Shown in pieces: positions 43,101 through 58,800 of a DNA stretch of 64,000 nucleotides. The position numbers were made by a program, and so were the translations under genes. The DNA is taken from positions 23,250,001 to 23,314,000 of the forward strand of contig OZ024752.1 of the NCBI GenBank assembly GCA_964016885.1. Direction: 5' to 3'. The DNA comes from Eledone cirrhosa. Lineage: Eukaryota. The notes beneath the pieces were generated by a model, which saw nothing but the letters and a program-made list of their open reading frames with translations, did no database searches and was not told where the DNA came from. Each line of letters opens with the position of its first letter. Position 1 is the first letter of the stretch.

Positions 43101-46100
43101 TGTCATTCTATCTGATGTTCTAACGACTGTCATTCTATCTGACGTTCTAGCGACTGTCATTCTATCTTAGTTCTAATGACTGTCATTCTATCTGACGTCC
43201 TAGCGACTGTCATCCTATATGATTTTCTAACGACTGTCATTCTATCTGACGTTCTAACGACTGTCATTCTATCTGACGTTCTAGCGATTGTCATCCTATC
43301 TGACGTTCTAACGACTGTCATTCTATCTGGCGTTCTAATGACTGTCATTCTATCTGACATTATAGCAACTGTCATTCTATCTAACGTTCTAACAACTGTC
43401 ATTCTATCTGACATTCTAGCGACTGTCATTCTATCTGACGTTCTAACGATTGTCATTCTATCTGACATTCTAGCAACTGTCATTCTATCTGACGTTCTAA
43501 CGACTGTCATTCTATCTGACGTTCAAGCGACTGTCATTCTATTTCACGTTCTAAAAACTGTCATTCTATCTGACGTTCTAGCGACTGTCATTCTATCTGA
43601 CGTTCTAGCGACTGTCATTCTATCTGACGTTCTAGCGACTGTCATTCTATCTGACGTTCTAACGACTGTCATTCTATCTGACGTTCTAACAACTGTCATT
43701 CTATCTGACGTTCTAGCGACAGTCATTCTATCTGAAGTTCTAACCACTGTCATTCTATCTGACGTTCTAGCGACAGTCATTCTATCTGAAGTTCTAACGA
43801 CTGTCATTTTATCTGATGTGCTAACGATGCCATTCTATCTGACGTTCTAGCGACTGTAACTTTATCTGACGTGCTAACGACTGCCATTCTACGTGACGTT
43901 CTAGCGACTTTCATTCTATGTGACGTTCTAACAACTGTCATTCTATCTGACGTTCTAACGATTGTCATTCTATCTGACGTTCTAACCACCGTCATTCTAT
44001 CTGAGTTCTACCGACTGTCATTCTATCTGACGTCCTAGCGTCCGTCATTCTATTTGACGTTCTAGCGATTGCCATTTTCTCTGACGTTCTAGTGACTGTC
44101 ATTCTATCTGAGTTCTAACGACTGTCATTCTATCTGACGTTCAAGCGACTGTCATTCTATTTCACGTTCTAAGGACTGTCATTCTATCTGAAATTCTAGC
44201 GACTGTCATTCTATCTGACGTTCTAACAACCGTCATTCTATCTGACGTTCTAATGACTTTCATTCTATGTGACATTGTAGCAACTGTCATTCTATCTAAC
44301 GTTCTAACCACTGTCATTCTATCTGATGTTCTAGCGACTGTCATTCCATCTGACGTTCTAACGACTGTCATTCTATCTGCCGTTCTAACGACTGTCATTC
44401 TATCAGATGTTCTAACGACGGTCATTCTATCTGACGTTCTAACAACTGTCATTCTATCTGACGTTCTAACCACTGTCATTCTATCTGATGTTCTAACGAC
44501 TGTCATTCTATCTTACGTTCTAACAACTGTCATTCTATCTGACGTTCTAACGACTGTCATTCTATCTGATTTTCTAACGACTGTCATTCTATCTGACGTT
44601 CTAGCGACTGTCATTCTATCTGACGTTCTAACAACCGTCATTCTATCTGACGTTCTAATGACTGTCGTTCTATATGACATTCTAGCAACTGTCATTCTAT
44701 CTAACGTTCTAACCACTGTCATTCTATCTGATGTTCTAGCGACTGTCATTCCATCTGACGTTCTAACGACTGTCATTCTATCTGCCGTTCTAACGACTGT
44801 CATTCTATCTGATGTTCTAACGACTGTCATTCTATCTGACGTTCTAACAACTGTCATTCTATCTGACGTTCTAACCACTGTCATTCTATCTGATGTTCTA
44901 ACGACTGTCATTCTATCTTACGTTCTAACAACTGTCATTCTATCTGACGTTCTAAACACTGTCATTCTATCTGACGTTCTAGCGACTGTCATTCTATTTG
45001 ATGTTCTAACAACTGTCATTCTGTCTGCCGTTCTAACGACTGTCGTTCTATCTGAAGTTCTAACGACTGTCATTTTATCTGATGTGCTAACGATGCCATT
45101 CTATCTGACGTTCTAACGACTGTCATTCTATCTGACATTCTAGCAACTGTCAATCTATCTAACGTTCTAACAACTGTCATTCTATCTGACATTCTAGCGA
45201 CTGTCATTCTATCTGACGTTCTAACGACTGTCATTCTATCTGACGTTCTAACAACTGTCATTCTATCTGACGTTCTGACGACTGTCATTCTATCTGATGT
45301 TCTAACGATTGTCATTCTATCTGACATACTAGCAACTGTCATTCTATCTAACGTTATAAAAACTGTCATTCTATCTGAAGTTCTAGCGACTGTCATTCTA
45401 TCTGACGTTCTAGCGACTGTCATTCTATCTGACGTTCTAAGAACTGTCATTCTATCTAACGTTCTAAGGACTGTCATTATATCTGACGTTCTAGCGACTG
45501 TCATTCTATCTGACGTTCTAACGACTGTCATTCTATCTGACGTTCTAACAACTGTCATTCTATCTAACGTTCTAACGACTGTCATTATATCTGACGTTCT
45601 AGCGACTGTCATTCTATCTGACATTCTAACCACTGTCATTCTATCTGACGTTCTAGCAACTGTCATCCTACGTGACCCTCTAGCGACTGTCATTCTATCT
45701 GACGTTCTAACCACTGTCATTCTATCTGACGTTCTAGCGACAGTCATTCTATCTGACGTTCTAACAACTGTCATTCTATCTGACGTTCTAACGACTGTCA
45801 TTCTATCTGACGTTCTAACAATTGTCATTCTATCTGACGTTCTAACGACTGTCATTCTATCTGATGTTCTAACGACTGTCATTCTATCTGACGTTCTAGC
45901 GACTGTCATTCTATCTTAGTTCTAATGACTGTCATTCTATCTGACGTCCTAGCGACTGTCATCCTATATGATTTTCTAACGACTGTCATTCTATCTGACG
46001 TTCTAACGACTGTCATTCTATCTGACGTTCTAGCGATTGTCATCCTATCTGACGTTCTAACGACTGTCATTCTATCTGGCGTTCTAAACACTGTCATTCT

Positions 46101-49100
46101 ATCTGACGTTCTAGCGACTGTCATTCTATTTGATGTTCTAACAACTGTCATTCTGTCTGCCGTTCTAACGACTGTCGTTCTATCTGAAGTTCTAACGACT
46201 GTCATTTTATCTGATGTGCTAACGATGCCATTCTATCTGACGTTCTAACGACTGTCATTCTATCTGACATTCTAGCAACTGTCAATCTATCTAACGTTCT
46301 AACAACTGTCATTCTATCTGACATTCTAGCGACTGTCATTCTATCTGACGTTCTAACGACTGTCATTCTATCTGACGTTCTAACAACTGTCATTCTATCT
46401 GACGTTCTGACGACTGTCATTCTATCTGATGTTCTAACGATTGTCATTCTATCTGACATACTAGCAACTGTCATTCTATCTAACGTTATAAAAACTGTCA
46501 TTCTATCTGAAGTTCTAGCGACTGTCATTCTATCTGACGTTCTAACGACTGTCATTCTATCTGACGTTCTAACAACTGTCATTCTATCTAACGTTCTAAC
46601 GACTGTCATTATATCTGACGTTCTAGCGACTGTCATTCTATCTGACATTCTAACCACTGTCATTCTATCTGACGTTCTAGCAACTGTCATCCTACGTGAC
46701 CCTCTAGCGACTGTCATTCTATCTGACGTTCTAACCACTGTCATTCTATCTGACGTTCTAGCGACAGTCATTCTATCTGACGTTCTAACAACTGTCATTC
46801 TATCTGACGTTCTAACGACTGTCATTCTACCTGACGTTCTAGGGACTGTCATTCTATTTTAAGTTCTAACGACTGTCATTCTATCTGATGTTCTAACGAC
46901 TGTCATTCTATCTGACGTTCTAGCGACTGTCATTCTATCTTAGTTCTAATGACTGTCATTCTATCTGACGTCCTAGCGACTGTCATCCTATATGATTTTC
47001 TAACGACTGTCATTCTATCTGACGTTCTAACGACTGTCATTCTATCTGACGTTCTAGCGATTGTCATCCTATCTGACGTTCTAACGACTGTCATTCTATC
47101 TGGCGTTCTAATGACTGTCATTCTATCTGACATTATAGCAACTGTCATTCTATCTAACGTTCTAACAACTGTCATTCTATCTGACATTCTAGCGACTGTC
47201 ATTCTATCTGACGTTCTAACGATTGTCATTCTATCTGACATTCTAGCAACTGTCATTCTATCTGACGTTCTAACGACTGTCATTCTATCTGACGTTCAAG
47301 CGACTGTCATTCTATTTCACGTTCTAAAAACTGTCATTCTATCTGACGTTCTAGCGACTGTCATTCTATCTGACGTTCTAGCGACTGTCATTCTATCTGA
47401 CGTTCTAGCGACTGTCATTCTATCTGACGTTCTAACGACTGTCATTCTATCTGACGTTCTAACAACTGTCATTCTATCTGACGTTCTAGCGACAGTCATT
47501 CTATCTGAAGTTTTAACCACTGTCATTCTATCTGACGTTCTAGCGACAGTCATTCTATCTGAAGTTCTAACGACTGTCATTTTATCTGATGTGCTAACGA
47601 TGCCATTCTATCTGACGTTCTAGCGACTGTAACTTTATCTGACGTGCTAACGACTGCCATTCTACGTGACGTTCTAGCGACTTTCATTCTATGTGACGTT
47701 CTAACAACTGTCATTCTATCTGACGTTCTAACGATTGTCATTCTATCTGACGTTCTAACCACCGTCATTCTATCTGAGTTCTACCGACTGTCATTCTATC
47801 TGACGTCCTAGCGTCCGTCATTCTATTTGACGTTCTAGCGATTGCCATTTTCTCTGACGTTCTAGTGACTGTCATTCTATCTGAGTTCTAACGACTGTCA
47901 TTCTATCTGACGTTCAAGCGACTGTCATTCTATTTCACGTTCTAAGGACTGTCATTCTATCTGAAATTCTAGCGACTGTCATTCTATCTGACGTTCTAAC
48001 AACCGTCATTCTATCTGACGTTCTAATGACTTTCATTCTATGTGACATTGTAGCAACTGTCATTCTATCTAACGTTCTAACCACTGTCATTCTATCTGAT
48101 GTTCTAGCGACTGTCATTCCATCTGACGTTCTAACGACTGTCATTCTATCTGCCGTTCTAACGACTGTCATTCTATCAGATGTTCTAACGACGGTCATTC
48201 TATCTGACGTTCTAACAACTGTCATTCTATCTGACGTTCTAACCACTGTCATTCTATCTGATGTTCTAACGACTGTCATTCTATCTTACGTTCTAACAAC
48301 TGTCATTCTATCTGACGTTCTAACGACTGTCATTCTATCTGATTTTCTAACGACTGTCATTCTATCTGACGTTCTAGCGACTGTCATTCTATCTGACGTT
48401 CTAACAACCGTCATTCTATCTGACGTTCTAATGACTGTCGTTCTATATGACATTCTAGCAACTGTCATTCTATCTAACGTTCTAACCACTGTCATTCTAT
48501 CTGATGTTCTAGCGACTGTCATTCCATCTGACGTTCTAACGACTGTCATTCTATCTGCCGTTCTAACGACTGTCATTCTATCTGATGTTCTAACGACTGT
48601 CATTCTATCTGACGTTCTAACAACTGTCATTCTATCTGACGTTCTAACCACTGTCATTCTATCTGATGTTCTAACGACTGTCATTCTATCTTACGTTCTA
48701 ACAACTGTCATTCTATCTGACGTTCTAAACACTGTCATTCTATCTGACGTTCTAGCGACTGTCATTCTATTTGATGTTCTAACAACTGTCATTCTGTCTG
48801 CCGTTCTAACGACTGTCGTTCTATCTGAAGTTCTAACGACTGTCATTTTATCTGATGTGCTAACGATGCCATTCTATCTGACGTTCTAACGACTGTCATT
48901 CTATCTGACATTCTAGCAACTGTCAATCTATCTAACGTTCTAACAACTGTCATTCTATCTGACATTCTAGCGACTGTCATTCTATCTGACGTTCTAACGA
49001 CTGTCATTCTATCTGACGTTCTAACAACTGTCATTCTATCTGACGTTCTGACGACTGTCATTCTATCTGATGTTCTAACGATTGTCATTCTATCTGACAT

Positions 49101-52100
49101 ACTAGCAACTGTCATTCTATCTAACGTTATAAAAACTGTCATTCTATCTGAAGTTCTAGCGACTGTCATTCTATCTGACGTTCTAGCGACTGTCATTCTA
49201 TCTGACGTTCTAAGAACTGTCATTCTATCTAACGTTCTAAGGACTGTCATTATATCTGACGTTCTAGCGACTGTCATTCTATCTTAGTTCTAATGACTGT
49301 CATTCTATCTGACGTCCTAGCGACTGTCATCCTATATGATTTTCTAACGACTGTCATTCTATCTGACGTTCTAACGACTGTCATTCTATCTGACGTTCTA
49401 GCGATTGTCATCCTATCTGACGTTCTAACGACTGTCATTATATCTGGCGTTCTAAACACTGTCATTCTATCTGACGTTCTAGCGACTGTCATTCTATTTG
49501 ATGTTCTAACAACTGTCATTCTGTCTGCCGTTCTAACGACTGTCGTTCTATCTGAAGTTCTAACGACTGTCATTTTATCTGATGTGCTAACGATGCCATT
49601 CTATCTGACGTTCTAACGACTGTCATTCTATCTGACATTCTAGCAACTGTCAATCTATCTAACGTTCTAACAACTGTCATTCTATCTGACATTCTAGCGA
49701 CTGTCATTCTATCTGACGTTCTAACGACTGTCATTCTATCTGACGTTCTAACAACTGTCATTCTATCTGACGTTCTGACGACTGTCATTCTATCTGATGT
49801 TCTAACGATTGTCATTCTATCTGACATACTAGCAACTGTCATTCTATCTAACGTTATAAAAACTGTCATTCTATCTGAAGTTCTAGCGACTGTCATTCTA
49901 TCTGACGTTCTAACGACTGTCATTCTATCTGACGTTCTAACAACTGTCATTCTATCTAACGTTCTAACGACTGTCATTATATCTGACGTTCTAGCGACTG
50001 TCATTCTATCTGACATTCTAACCACTGTCATTCTATCTGACGTTCTAGCAACTGTCATCCTACGTGACCCTCTAGCGACTGTCATTCTATCTGACGTTCT
50101 AACCACTGTCATTCTATCTGACGTTCTAGCGACAGTCATTCTATCTGACGTTCTAACAACTGTCATTCTATCTGACGTTCTAACGACTGTCATTCTACCT
50201 GACGTTCTAGGGACTGTCATTCTATTTTAAGTTCTAACGACTGTCATTCTATCTGATGTTCTAACGACTGTCATTCTATCTGACGTTCTAGCGACTGTCA
50301 TTCTATCTTAGTTCTAATGACTGTCATTCTATCTGACGTCCTAGCGACTGTCATCCTATATGATTTTCTAACGACTGTCATTCTATCTGACGTTCTAACG
50401 ACTGTCATTCTATCTGACGTTCTAGCGATTGTCATCCTATCTGACGTTCTAACGACTGTCATTCTATCTGGCGTTCTAATGACTGTCATTCTATCTGACA
50501 TTATAGCAACTGTCATTCTATCTAACGTTCTAACAACTGTCATTCTATCTGACATTCTAGCGACTGTCATTCTATCTGACGTTCTAACGATTGTCATTCT
50601 ATCTGACATTCTAGCAACTGTCATTCTATCTGACGTTCTAACGACTGTCATTCTATCTGACGTTCAAGCGACTGTCATTCTATTTCACGTTCTAAAAACT
50701 GTCATTCTATCTGACGTTCTAGCGACTGTCATTCTATCTGACGTTCTAGCGACTGTCATTCTATCTGACGTTCTAGCGACTGTCATTCTATCTGACGTTC
50801 TAACGACTGTCATTCTATCTGACGTTCTAACAACTGTCATTCTATCTGACGTTCTAGCGACAGTCATTCTATCTGAAGTTCTAACCACTGTCATTCTATC
50901 TGACGTTCTAGCGACAGTCATTCTATCTGAAGTTCTAACGACTGTCATTTTATCTGATGTGCTAACGATGCCATTCTATCTGACGTTCTAGCGACTGTAA
51001 CTTTATCTGACGTGCTAACGACTGCCATTCTACGTGACGTTCTAGCGACTTTCATTCTATGTGACGTTCTAACAACTGTCATTCTATCTGACGTTCTAAC
51101 GATTGTCATTCTATCTGACGTTCTAACCACCGTCATTCTATCTGAGTTCTACCGACTGTCATTCTATCTGACGTCCTAGCGTCCGTCATTCTATTTGACG
51201 TTCTAGCGATTGCCATTTTCTCTGACGTTCTAGTGACTGTCATTCTATCTGAGTTCTAACGACTGTCATTCTATCTGACGTTCAAGCGACTGTCATTCTA
51301 TTTCACGTTCTAAGGACTGTCATTCTATCTGAAATTCTAGCGACTGTCATTCTATCTGACGTTCTAACAACCGTCATTCTATCTGACGTTCTAATGACTT
51401 TCATTCTATGTGACATTGTAGCAACTGTCATTCTATCTAACGTTCTAACCACTGTCATTCTATCTGATGTTCTAGCGACTGTCATTCCATCTGACGTTCT
51501 AACGACTGTCATTCTATCTGCCGTTCTAACGACTGTCATTCTATCAGATGTTCTAACGACGGTCATTCTATCTGACGTTCTAACAACTGTCATTCTATCT
51601 GACGTTCTAACCACTGTCATTCTATCTGATGTTCTAACGACTGTCATTCTATCTTACGTTCTAACAACTGTCATTCTATCTGACGTTCTAACGACTGTCA
51701 TTCTATCTGATTTTCTAACGACTGTCATTCTATCTGACGTTCTAGCGACTGTCATTCTATCTGACGTTCTAACAACCGTCATTCTATCTGACGTTCTAAT
51801 GACTGTCGTTCTATATGACATTCTAGCAACTGTCATTCTATCTAACGTTCTAACCACTGTCATTCTATCTGATGTTCTAGCGACTGTCATTCCATCTGAC
51901 GTTCTAACGACTGTCATTCTATCTGCCGTTCTAACGACTGTCATTCTATCTGATGTTCTAACGACTGTCATTCTATCTGACGTTCTAACAACTGTCATTC
52001 TATCTGACGTTCTAACCACTGTCATTCTATCTGATGTTCTAACGACTGTCATTCTATCTTACGTTCTAACAACTGTCATTCTATCTGACGTTCTAAACAC

Positions 52101-55100
52101 TGTCATTCTATCTGACGTTCTAGCGACTGTCATTCTATTTGATGTTCTAACAACTGTCATTCTGTCTGCCGTTCTAACGACTGTCGTTCTATCTGAAGTT
52201 CTAACGACTGTCATTTTATCTGATGTGCTAACGATGCCATTCTATCTGACGTTCTAACGACTGTCATTCTATCTGACATTCTAGCAACTGTCAATCTATC
52301 TAACGTTCTAACAACTGTCATTCTATCTGACATTCTAGCGACTGTCATTCTATCTGACGTTCTAACGACTGTCATTCTATCTGACGTTCTAACAACTGTC
52401 ATTCTATCTGACGTTCTGACGACTGTCATTCTATCTGATGTTCTAACGATTGTCATTCTATCTGACATACTAGCAACTGTCATTCTATCTAACGTTATAA
52501 AAACTGTCATTCTATCTGAAGTTCTAGCGACTGTCATTCTATCTGACGTTCTAGCGACTGTCATTCTATCTGACGTTCTAAGAACTGTCATTCTATCTAA
52601 CGTTCTAAGGACTGTCATTATATCTGACGTTCTAGCGACTGTCATTCTATCTGACGTTCTAACGACTGTCATTCTATCTGACGTTCTAACAACTGTCATT
52701 CTATCTAACGTTCTAACGACTGTCATTATATCTGACGTTCTAGCGACTGTCATTCTATCTGACATTCTAACCACTGTCATTCTATCTGACGTTCTAGCAA
52801 CTGTCATCCTACGTGACCCTCTAGCGACTGTCATTCTATCTGACGTTCTAACCACTGTCATTCTATCTGACGTTCTAGCGACAGTCATTCTATCTGACGT
52901 TCTAACAACTGTCATTCTATCTGACGTTCTAACGACTGTCATTCTATCTGACGTTCTAACAATTGTCATTCTATCTGACGTTCTAACGACTGTCATTCTA
53001 TCTGATGTTCTAACGACTGTCATTCTATCTGACGTTCTAGCGACTGTCATTCTATCTTAGTTCTAATGACTGTCATTCTATCTGACGTCCTAGCGACTGT
53101 CATCCTATATGATTTTCTAACGACTGTCATTCTATCTGACGTTCTAACGACTGTCATTCTATCTGACGTTCTAGCGATTGTCATCCTATCTGACGTTCTA
53201 ACGACTGTCATTCTATCTGGCGTTCTAAACACTGTCATTCTATCTGACGTTCTAGCGACTGTCATTCTATTTGATGTTCTAACAACTGTCATTCTGTCTG
53301 CCGTTCTAACGACTGTCGTTCTATCTGAAGTTCTAACGACTGTCATTTTATCTGATGTGCTAACGATGCCATTCTATCTGACGTTCTAACGACTGTCATT
53401 CTATCTGACATTCTAGCAACTGTCAATCTATCTAACGTTCTAACAACTGTCATTCTATCTGACATTCTAGCGACTGTCATTCTATCTGACGTTCTAACGA
53501 CTGTCATTCTATCTGACGTTCTAACAACTGTCATTCTATCTGACGTTCTGACGACTGTCATTCTATCTGATGTTCTAACGATTGTCATTCTATCTGACAT
53601 ACTAGCAACTGTCATTCTATCTAACGTTATAAAAACTGTCATTCTATCTGAAGTTCTAGCGACTGTCATTCTATCTGACGTTCTAGCGACTGTCATTCTA
53701 TCTGACGTTCTAAGAACTGTCATTCTATCTAACGTTCTAAGGACTGTCATTATATCTGACGTTCTAGCGACTGTCATTCTATCTGACGTTCTAACGACTG
53801 TCATTCTATCTGACGTTCTAACAACTGTCATTCTATCTAACGTTCTAACGACTGTCATTATATCTGACGTTCTAGCGACTGTCATTCTATCTGACATTCT
53901 AACCACTGTCATTCTATCTGACGTTCTAGCAACTGTCATCCTACGTGACCCTCTAGCGACTGTCATTCTATCTGGCGTTCTAATGACTGTCATTCTATCT
54001 GACATTATAGCAACTGTCATTCTATCTAACGTTCTAACAACTGTCATTCTATCTGACATTCTAGCGACTGTCATTCTATCTGACGTTCTAACGACTGTCA
54101 TTCTATCTGACGTTCTAACAACTGTCATTCTATCTGACGTTCTAACGACTCTCATCCTATCTGATGTTCTAACGATTGTCATTCTATCTGACATTCTAGC
54201 AACTGTCATTCTATCTAACGTTCTAAAAACTGTCATTCTATCTGACGTTCTAGCGACTGTCATTCTATCTGACGTTCTAGCCACTGTCATTCTATCTGAC
54301 GTTCTAACGACTGTCATTCTATCTGACGTTCTAACAACTGTCATTCTATCTAACGTTCTAACGACTGTCATTATATCTGACGTTCTAGCGACTGTCATTC
54401 TATCTGACATTCTAACCACTGTCATTCTATCTGACGTTCTAGCAACTGTCATCCTACGTGACCCTCTAGCGACTGTCATTCTATCTGACGTTCTAACCAC
54501 TGTCATTCTATCTGACGTTCTAGCGACAGTCATTCTATCTGAAGTTCGAACGACTGTCATTTTATCTGATGTGCTAACGATGCCATTCTATCTGACGTTC
54601 TAGCGACTGTAACTTTATCTGACGTGCTAACGACTGCCATTCTACGTGACGTTCTAGCGACTTTCATTCTATGTGACGTTCTAACAACTGTCATTCTATC
54701 TGACGTTCTAACGATTGTCATTCTATCTGACGTTCTAACCACCGTCATTCTATCTGAGTTCTACCGACTGTCATTCTATCTGACGTCCTAGCGTCCGTCA
54801 TTCTATCTGACGTTCTAACCAATGTCATTCTATTTGACGTTCTAGCGATTGCCATTTTCTCTGACGTTCTAGTGACTGTCATTCTATCTGAGTTCTAACG
54901 ACTGTCATTCTATCTGACGTCCTAGCGACTGTCATTCTATCTGACGTTCTAACCAATGTTATTCTATCTGACATTCTAGCGATTGTCATTTTCTCTGACG
55001 TTCTAGTGACTGTCATTCTATCTGACGTTCTAACGACTGTCATTCTATCTGACGTTCAAGCGACTGTCATTCTATTTCACGTTCTAAGGACTGTCATTCT

Positions 55101-58100
55101 ATCTGAAATTCTAGCGACTGTCATTCTATCTGACGTTCTAACAACCGTCATTCTATCTGACGTTCTAATGACTGTCATTCTATATGACATTCTAGCAACT
55201 GTCATTCTATCTAACGTTCTAACCACTGTCATTCTATCTGATGTTCTAGCGACTGTCATTCCATCTGACGTTCTAACGACTGTCATTCTATCTGCCGTTC
55301 TAACGACTGTCATTCTATCTGATGTTCTAACGACGGTCATTCTATCTGACGTTCTAACAACTGTCATTCTATCTGACGTTCTAACCACTGTCATTCTATC
55401 TGATGTTCTAACGACTGTCATTCTATCTTACGTTCTAACAACTGTCATTCTATCTGACGTTCTAACGACTGTCATTCTATCTGATTTTCTAACGACTGTC
55501 ATTCTATCTGACGTTCTAGCGACTGTCATTCTATCTGACGTTCTAACAACCGTCATTCTATCTGACGTTCTAATGACTGTCGTTCTATATGACATTCTAG
55601 CAACTGTCATTCTATCTAACGTTCTAACCACTGTCATTCTATCTGATGTTCTAGCGACTGTCATTCCATATGACGTTCTAACGACTGTCATTCTATCTGC
55701 GGTTCTAACGACTGTCATTCTATCTGATGTTCTAACGACTGTCATTCTATCTGACGTTCTAACAACTGTCATTCTATCTGACGTTCTAACCACTGTCATT
55801 CTATCTGATGTTCTAACGACTGTCATTCTATCTTACGTTCTAACAACTGTCATTCTATCTGACGTTCTAAACACTGTCATTCTATCTGACGTTCTAGCGA
55901 CTGTCATTCTATTTGATGTTCTAACGACTGTCATTCTGTCTGCCGTTCTAACGACTGTCGTTCTATCTGAAGTTCTAACGACTGTCATTTTATCTGATGT
56001 GCTAACGATGCCATTCTATCTGACGTTCTAACGACTGTCATTCTATCTGACATTCTAGCAACTGTCAATCTATCTAACGTTCTAACAACTGTCATTCTAT
56101 CTGACATTCTAGCGACTGTCATTCTATCTGACGTTCTAACGACTGTCATTCTATCTGACGTTCTAACAACTGTCATTCTATCTGACGTTCTAACGACTGT
56201 CATTCTATCTGATGTTCTAACGATTGTCATTCTATCTGACATACTAGCAACTGTCATTCTATCTAACGTTCTAAAAACTGTCATTCTATCTGAAGTTCTA
56301 GCGACTGTCATTCTATCTGACGTTCTAGCGACTGTCATTCTATCTGACGTTCTAAGAACTGTCATTCTATCTAACGTTCTAAGGACTGTCATTATATCTG
56401 ACGTTCTAGCGACTGTCATTCTATCTGACGTTCTAACGACTGTCATTCTATCTGACGTTCTAACAACTGTCATTCTATCTAACGTTCTAACGACTGTCAT
56501 TATATCTGACGTTCTAGCGACTGTCATTCTATCTGACATTCTAACCACTGTCATTCTATCTGACGTTCTAGCAACTGTCATCCTACGTGACCCTCTAGCG
56601 ACTGTCATTCTATCTGACGTTCTAACCACTGTCATTCTATCTGACGTTCTAGCGACAGTCATTCTATCTGACGTTCTAACAACTGTCATTCTATCTGACG
56701 TTCTAACGACTGTCATTCTATCTGACGTTCTAACAATTGTCATTCTATCTGACGTTCTAACGACTGTCATTCTATCTGATGTTCTAACGACTGTCATTCT
56801 ATCTGACGTTCTAGCGTCTGTCATTCTATCTTAGTTCTAATGACTGTCATTCTATCTGACGTCCTAGCGACTGTCATCCTATATGATTTTCTAACGACTG
56901 TCATTCAATCTGACGTTCTAACGACTGTCATTCTATCTGACGTTCTAGCGATTGTCATCCTATCTGACGTTCTAACGACTGTCATTCTATCTGGCGTTCT
57001 AATGACTGTCATTCTATCTGACATTATAGCAACTGTCATTCTATCTAACGTTCTAACAACTGTCATTCTATCTGACATTCTAGCGACTGTCATTCTATCT
57101 GACGTTCTAACGACTGTCATTCTATCTGACGTTCTAACAACTGTCATTCTATCTTACGTTCTAACGACTGTCATCCTATCTGATGTTCTAACGATTGTCA
57201 TTCTATCTGACATTCTAGCAACTGTCATTCTATCTAACGTTCTAAAAACTGTCATTCTATCTGACGTTCTAGCGACTGTCATTCTATCTGATGTTCTAGC
57301 GACTGTCATTCTATCTGACGTTCTAGCGACTGTCATTCTATCTGACGTTCTAACGACTGTCATTCTATCTAACGTTCTAACGACTGTCATTATATCTGAC
57401 GTTCTAGCGACTGTCATTCTATCTGACATTCTAACCACTGTCATTCTATCTGACGTTCTAGCAACTGTCATCCTACGTGACTCTCTAGCGACTGTCATTC
57501 TATCTGACGTTCTAACCACTGTCATTCTATCTGACGTTCTAGCGACAGTCATTCTATCCGAAGTTCTAACGACTGTCATTTTATCTGATGTGCTAACGAT
57601 GCCATTCTATCTGACGTTCTAGCGACTGTAACTTTATCTGACGTGCTAACGACTGCCATTCTACGTGACGTTCTAGCGACTTTCATTCTATGTGACGTTC
57701 TAACAACTGTCATTCTATCTGACGTTCTAACGATTGTCATTCTATCTGACGTTCTAACCACCGTCATTCTATCTGAGTTCTACCGACTGTCATTCTATCT
57801 GACGTCCTAGCGTCCGTCATTCTATCTGACGTTCTAACCAATGTCATTCTATTTGACGTTCTAGCGATTGCCATTTTCTCTGACGTTCTAGTGACTGTCA
57901 TTCTATCTGAGTTCTAACGACTGTCATTCTATCTGACGTCCTAGCGACTGTCATTCTATCTGACGTTCTAACCAATGTCATTCTATCTGACGTTCTAGCG
58001 ATTGTCATTTTCTCTGACGTCCTAGTGACTGTCATTCTATCTGACGTTCTAACGACTGTCATTCTATCTGACGTTCAAGCGACTGTCATTCTATTTCACG

Positions 58101-58800
58101 TTCTAAGGACTGTCATTCTATCTGAAATTCTAACAACTGTCATTCTATCTGACGTTCTAACGACTGTCATTCTATCTGATGTTCTAACGACGGTCATTCT
58201 ATCTGACGTTCTAACAACTGTCATTCTATCTGACGTTCTAACCACTGTCATTCTATCTGATGTTCTAACGACTGTCATTCTATCTTACGTTCTAACAACT
58301 GTCATTCTATCTGACGTTCTAACGACTGTCATTCTATCTGATTTTCTAACGACTGTCATTCTATCTGACGTTCTAGCGACTGTCATTCTATCTGACGTTC
58401 TAACAACCGTCATTCTATCTGACGTTCTAATGACTGTCGTTCTATATGACATTCTAGCAACTGTCATTCTATCTAACGTTCTAACCACTGTCATTCTATC
58501 TGATGTTCTAGCGACTGTCATTCCATCTGACGTTCTAACGACTGTCATTCTATCTGCCGTTCTAACGACTGTCATTCTATCTGATGTTCTAACGACTGTC
58601 ATTCTATCTGACGTTCTAACAACTGTCATTCTATCTGACGTTCTAACCACTGTCATTCTATCTGATGTTCTAACGACTGTCATTCTATCTTACGTTCTAA
58701 CAACTGTCATTCTATCTGACGTTCTAACGACTGTCATTCAATCTGATTTTCTAACGACTGTCATTCTATCTGACGTTCTAGCGACTGTCATTCTATCTGA
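43040..58800 (+). repeat. HOR domain E: about five copies (3.0-3.8 kb)
   Basis: Anchor CTACGTGACGTTCTAGCGACTTTC at 43889, 47662, 51030, 54642 and 57661 (spacings 3773, 3368, 3612, 3019). Copy 2 lacks 405 bp, which is 15 monomers (ORF 45070-45909 versus 48843-49277). Confidence 0.93.
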
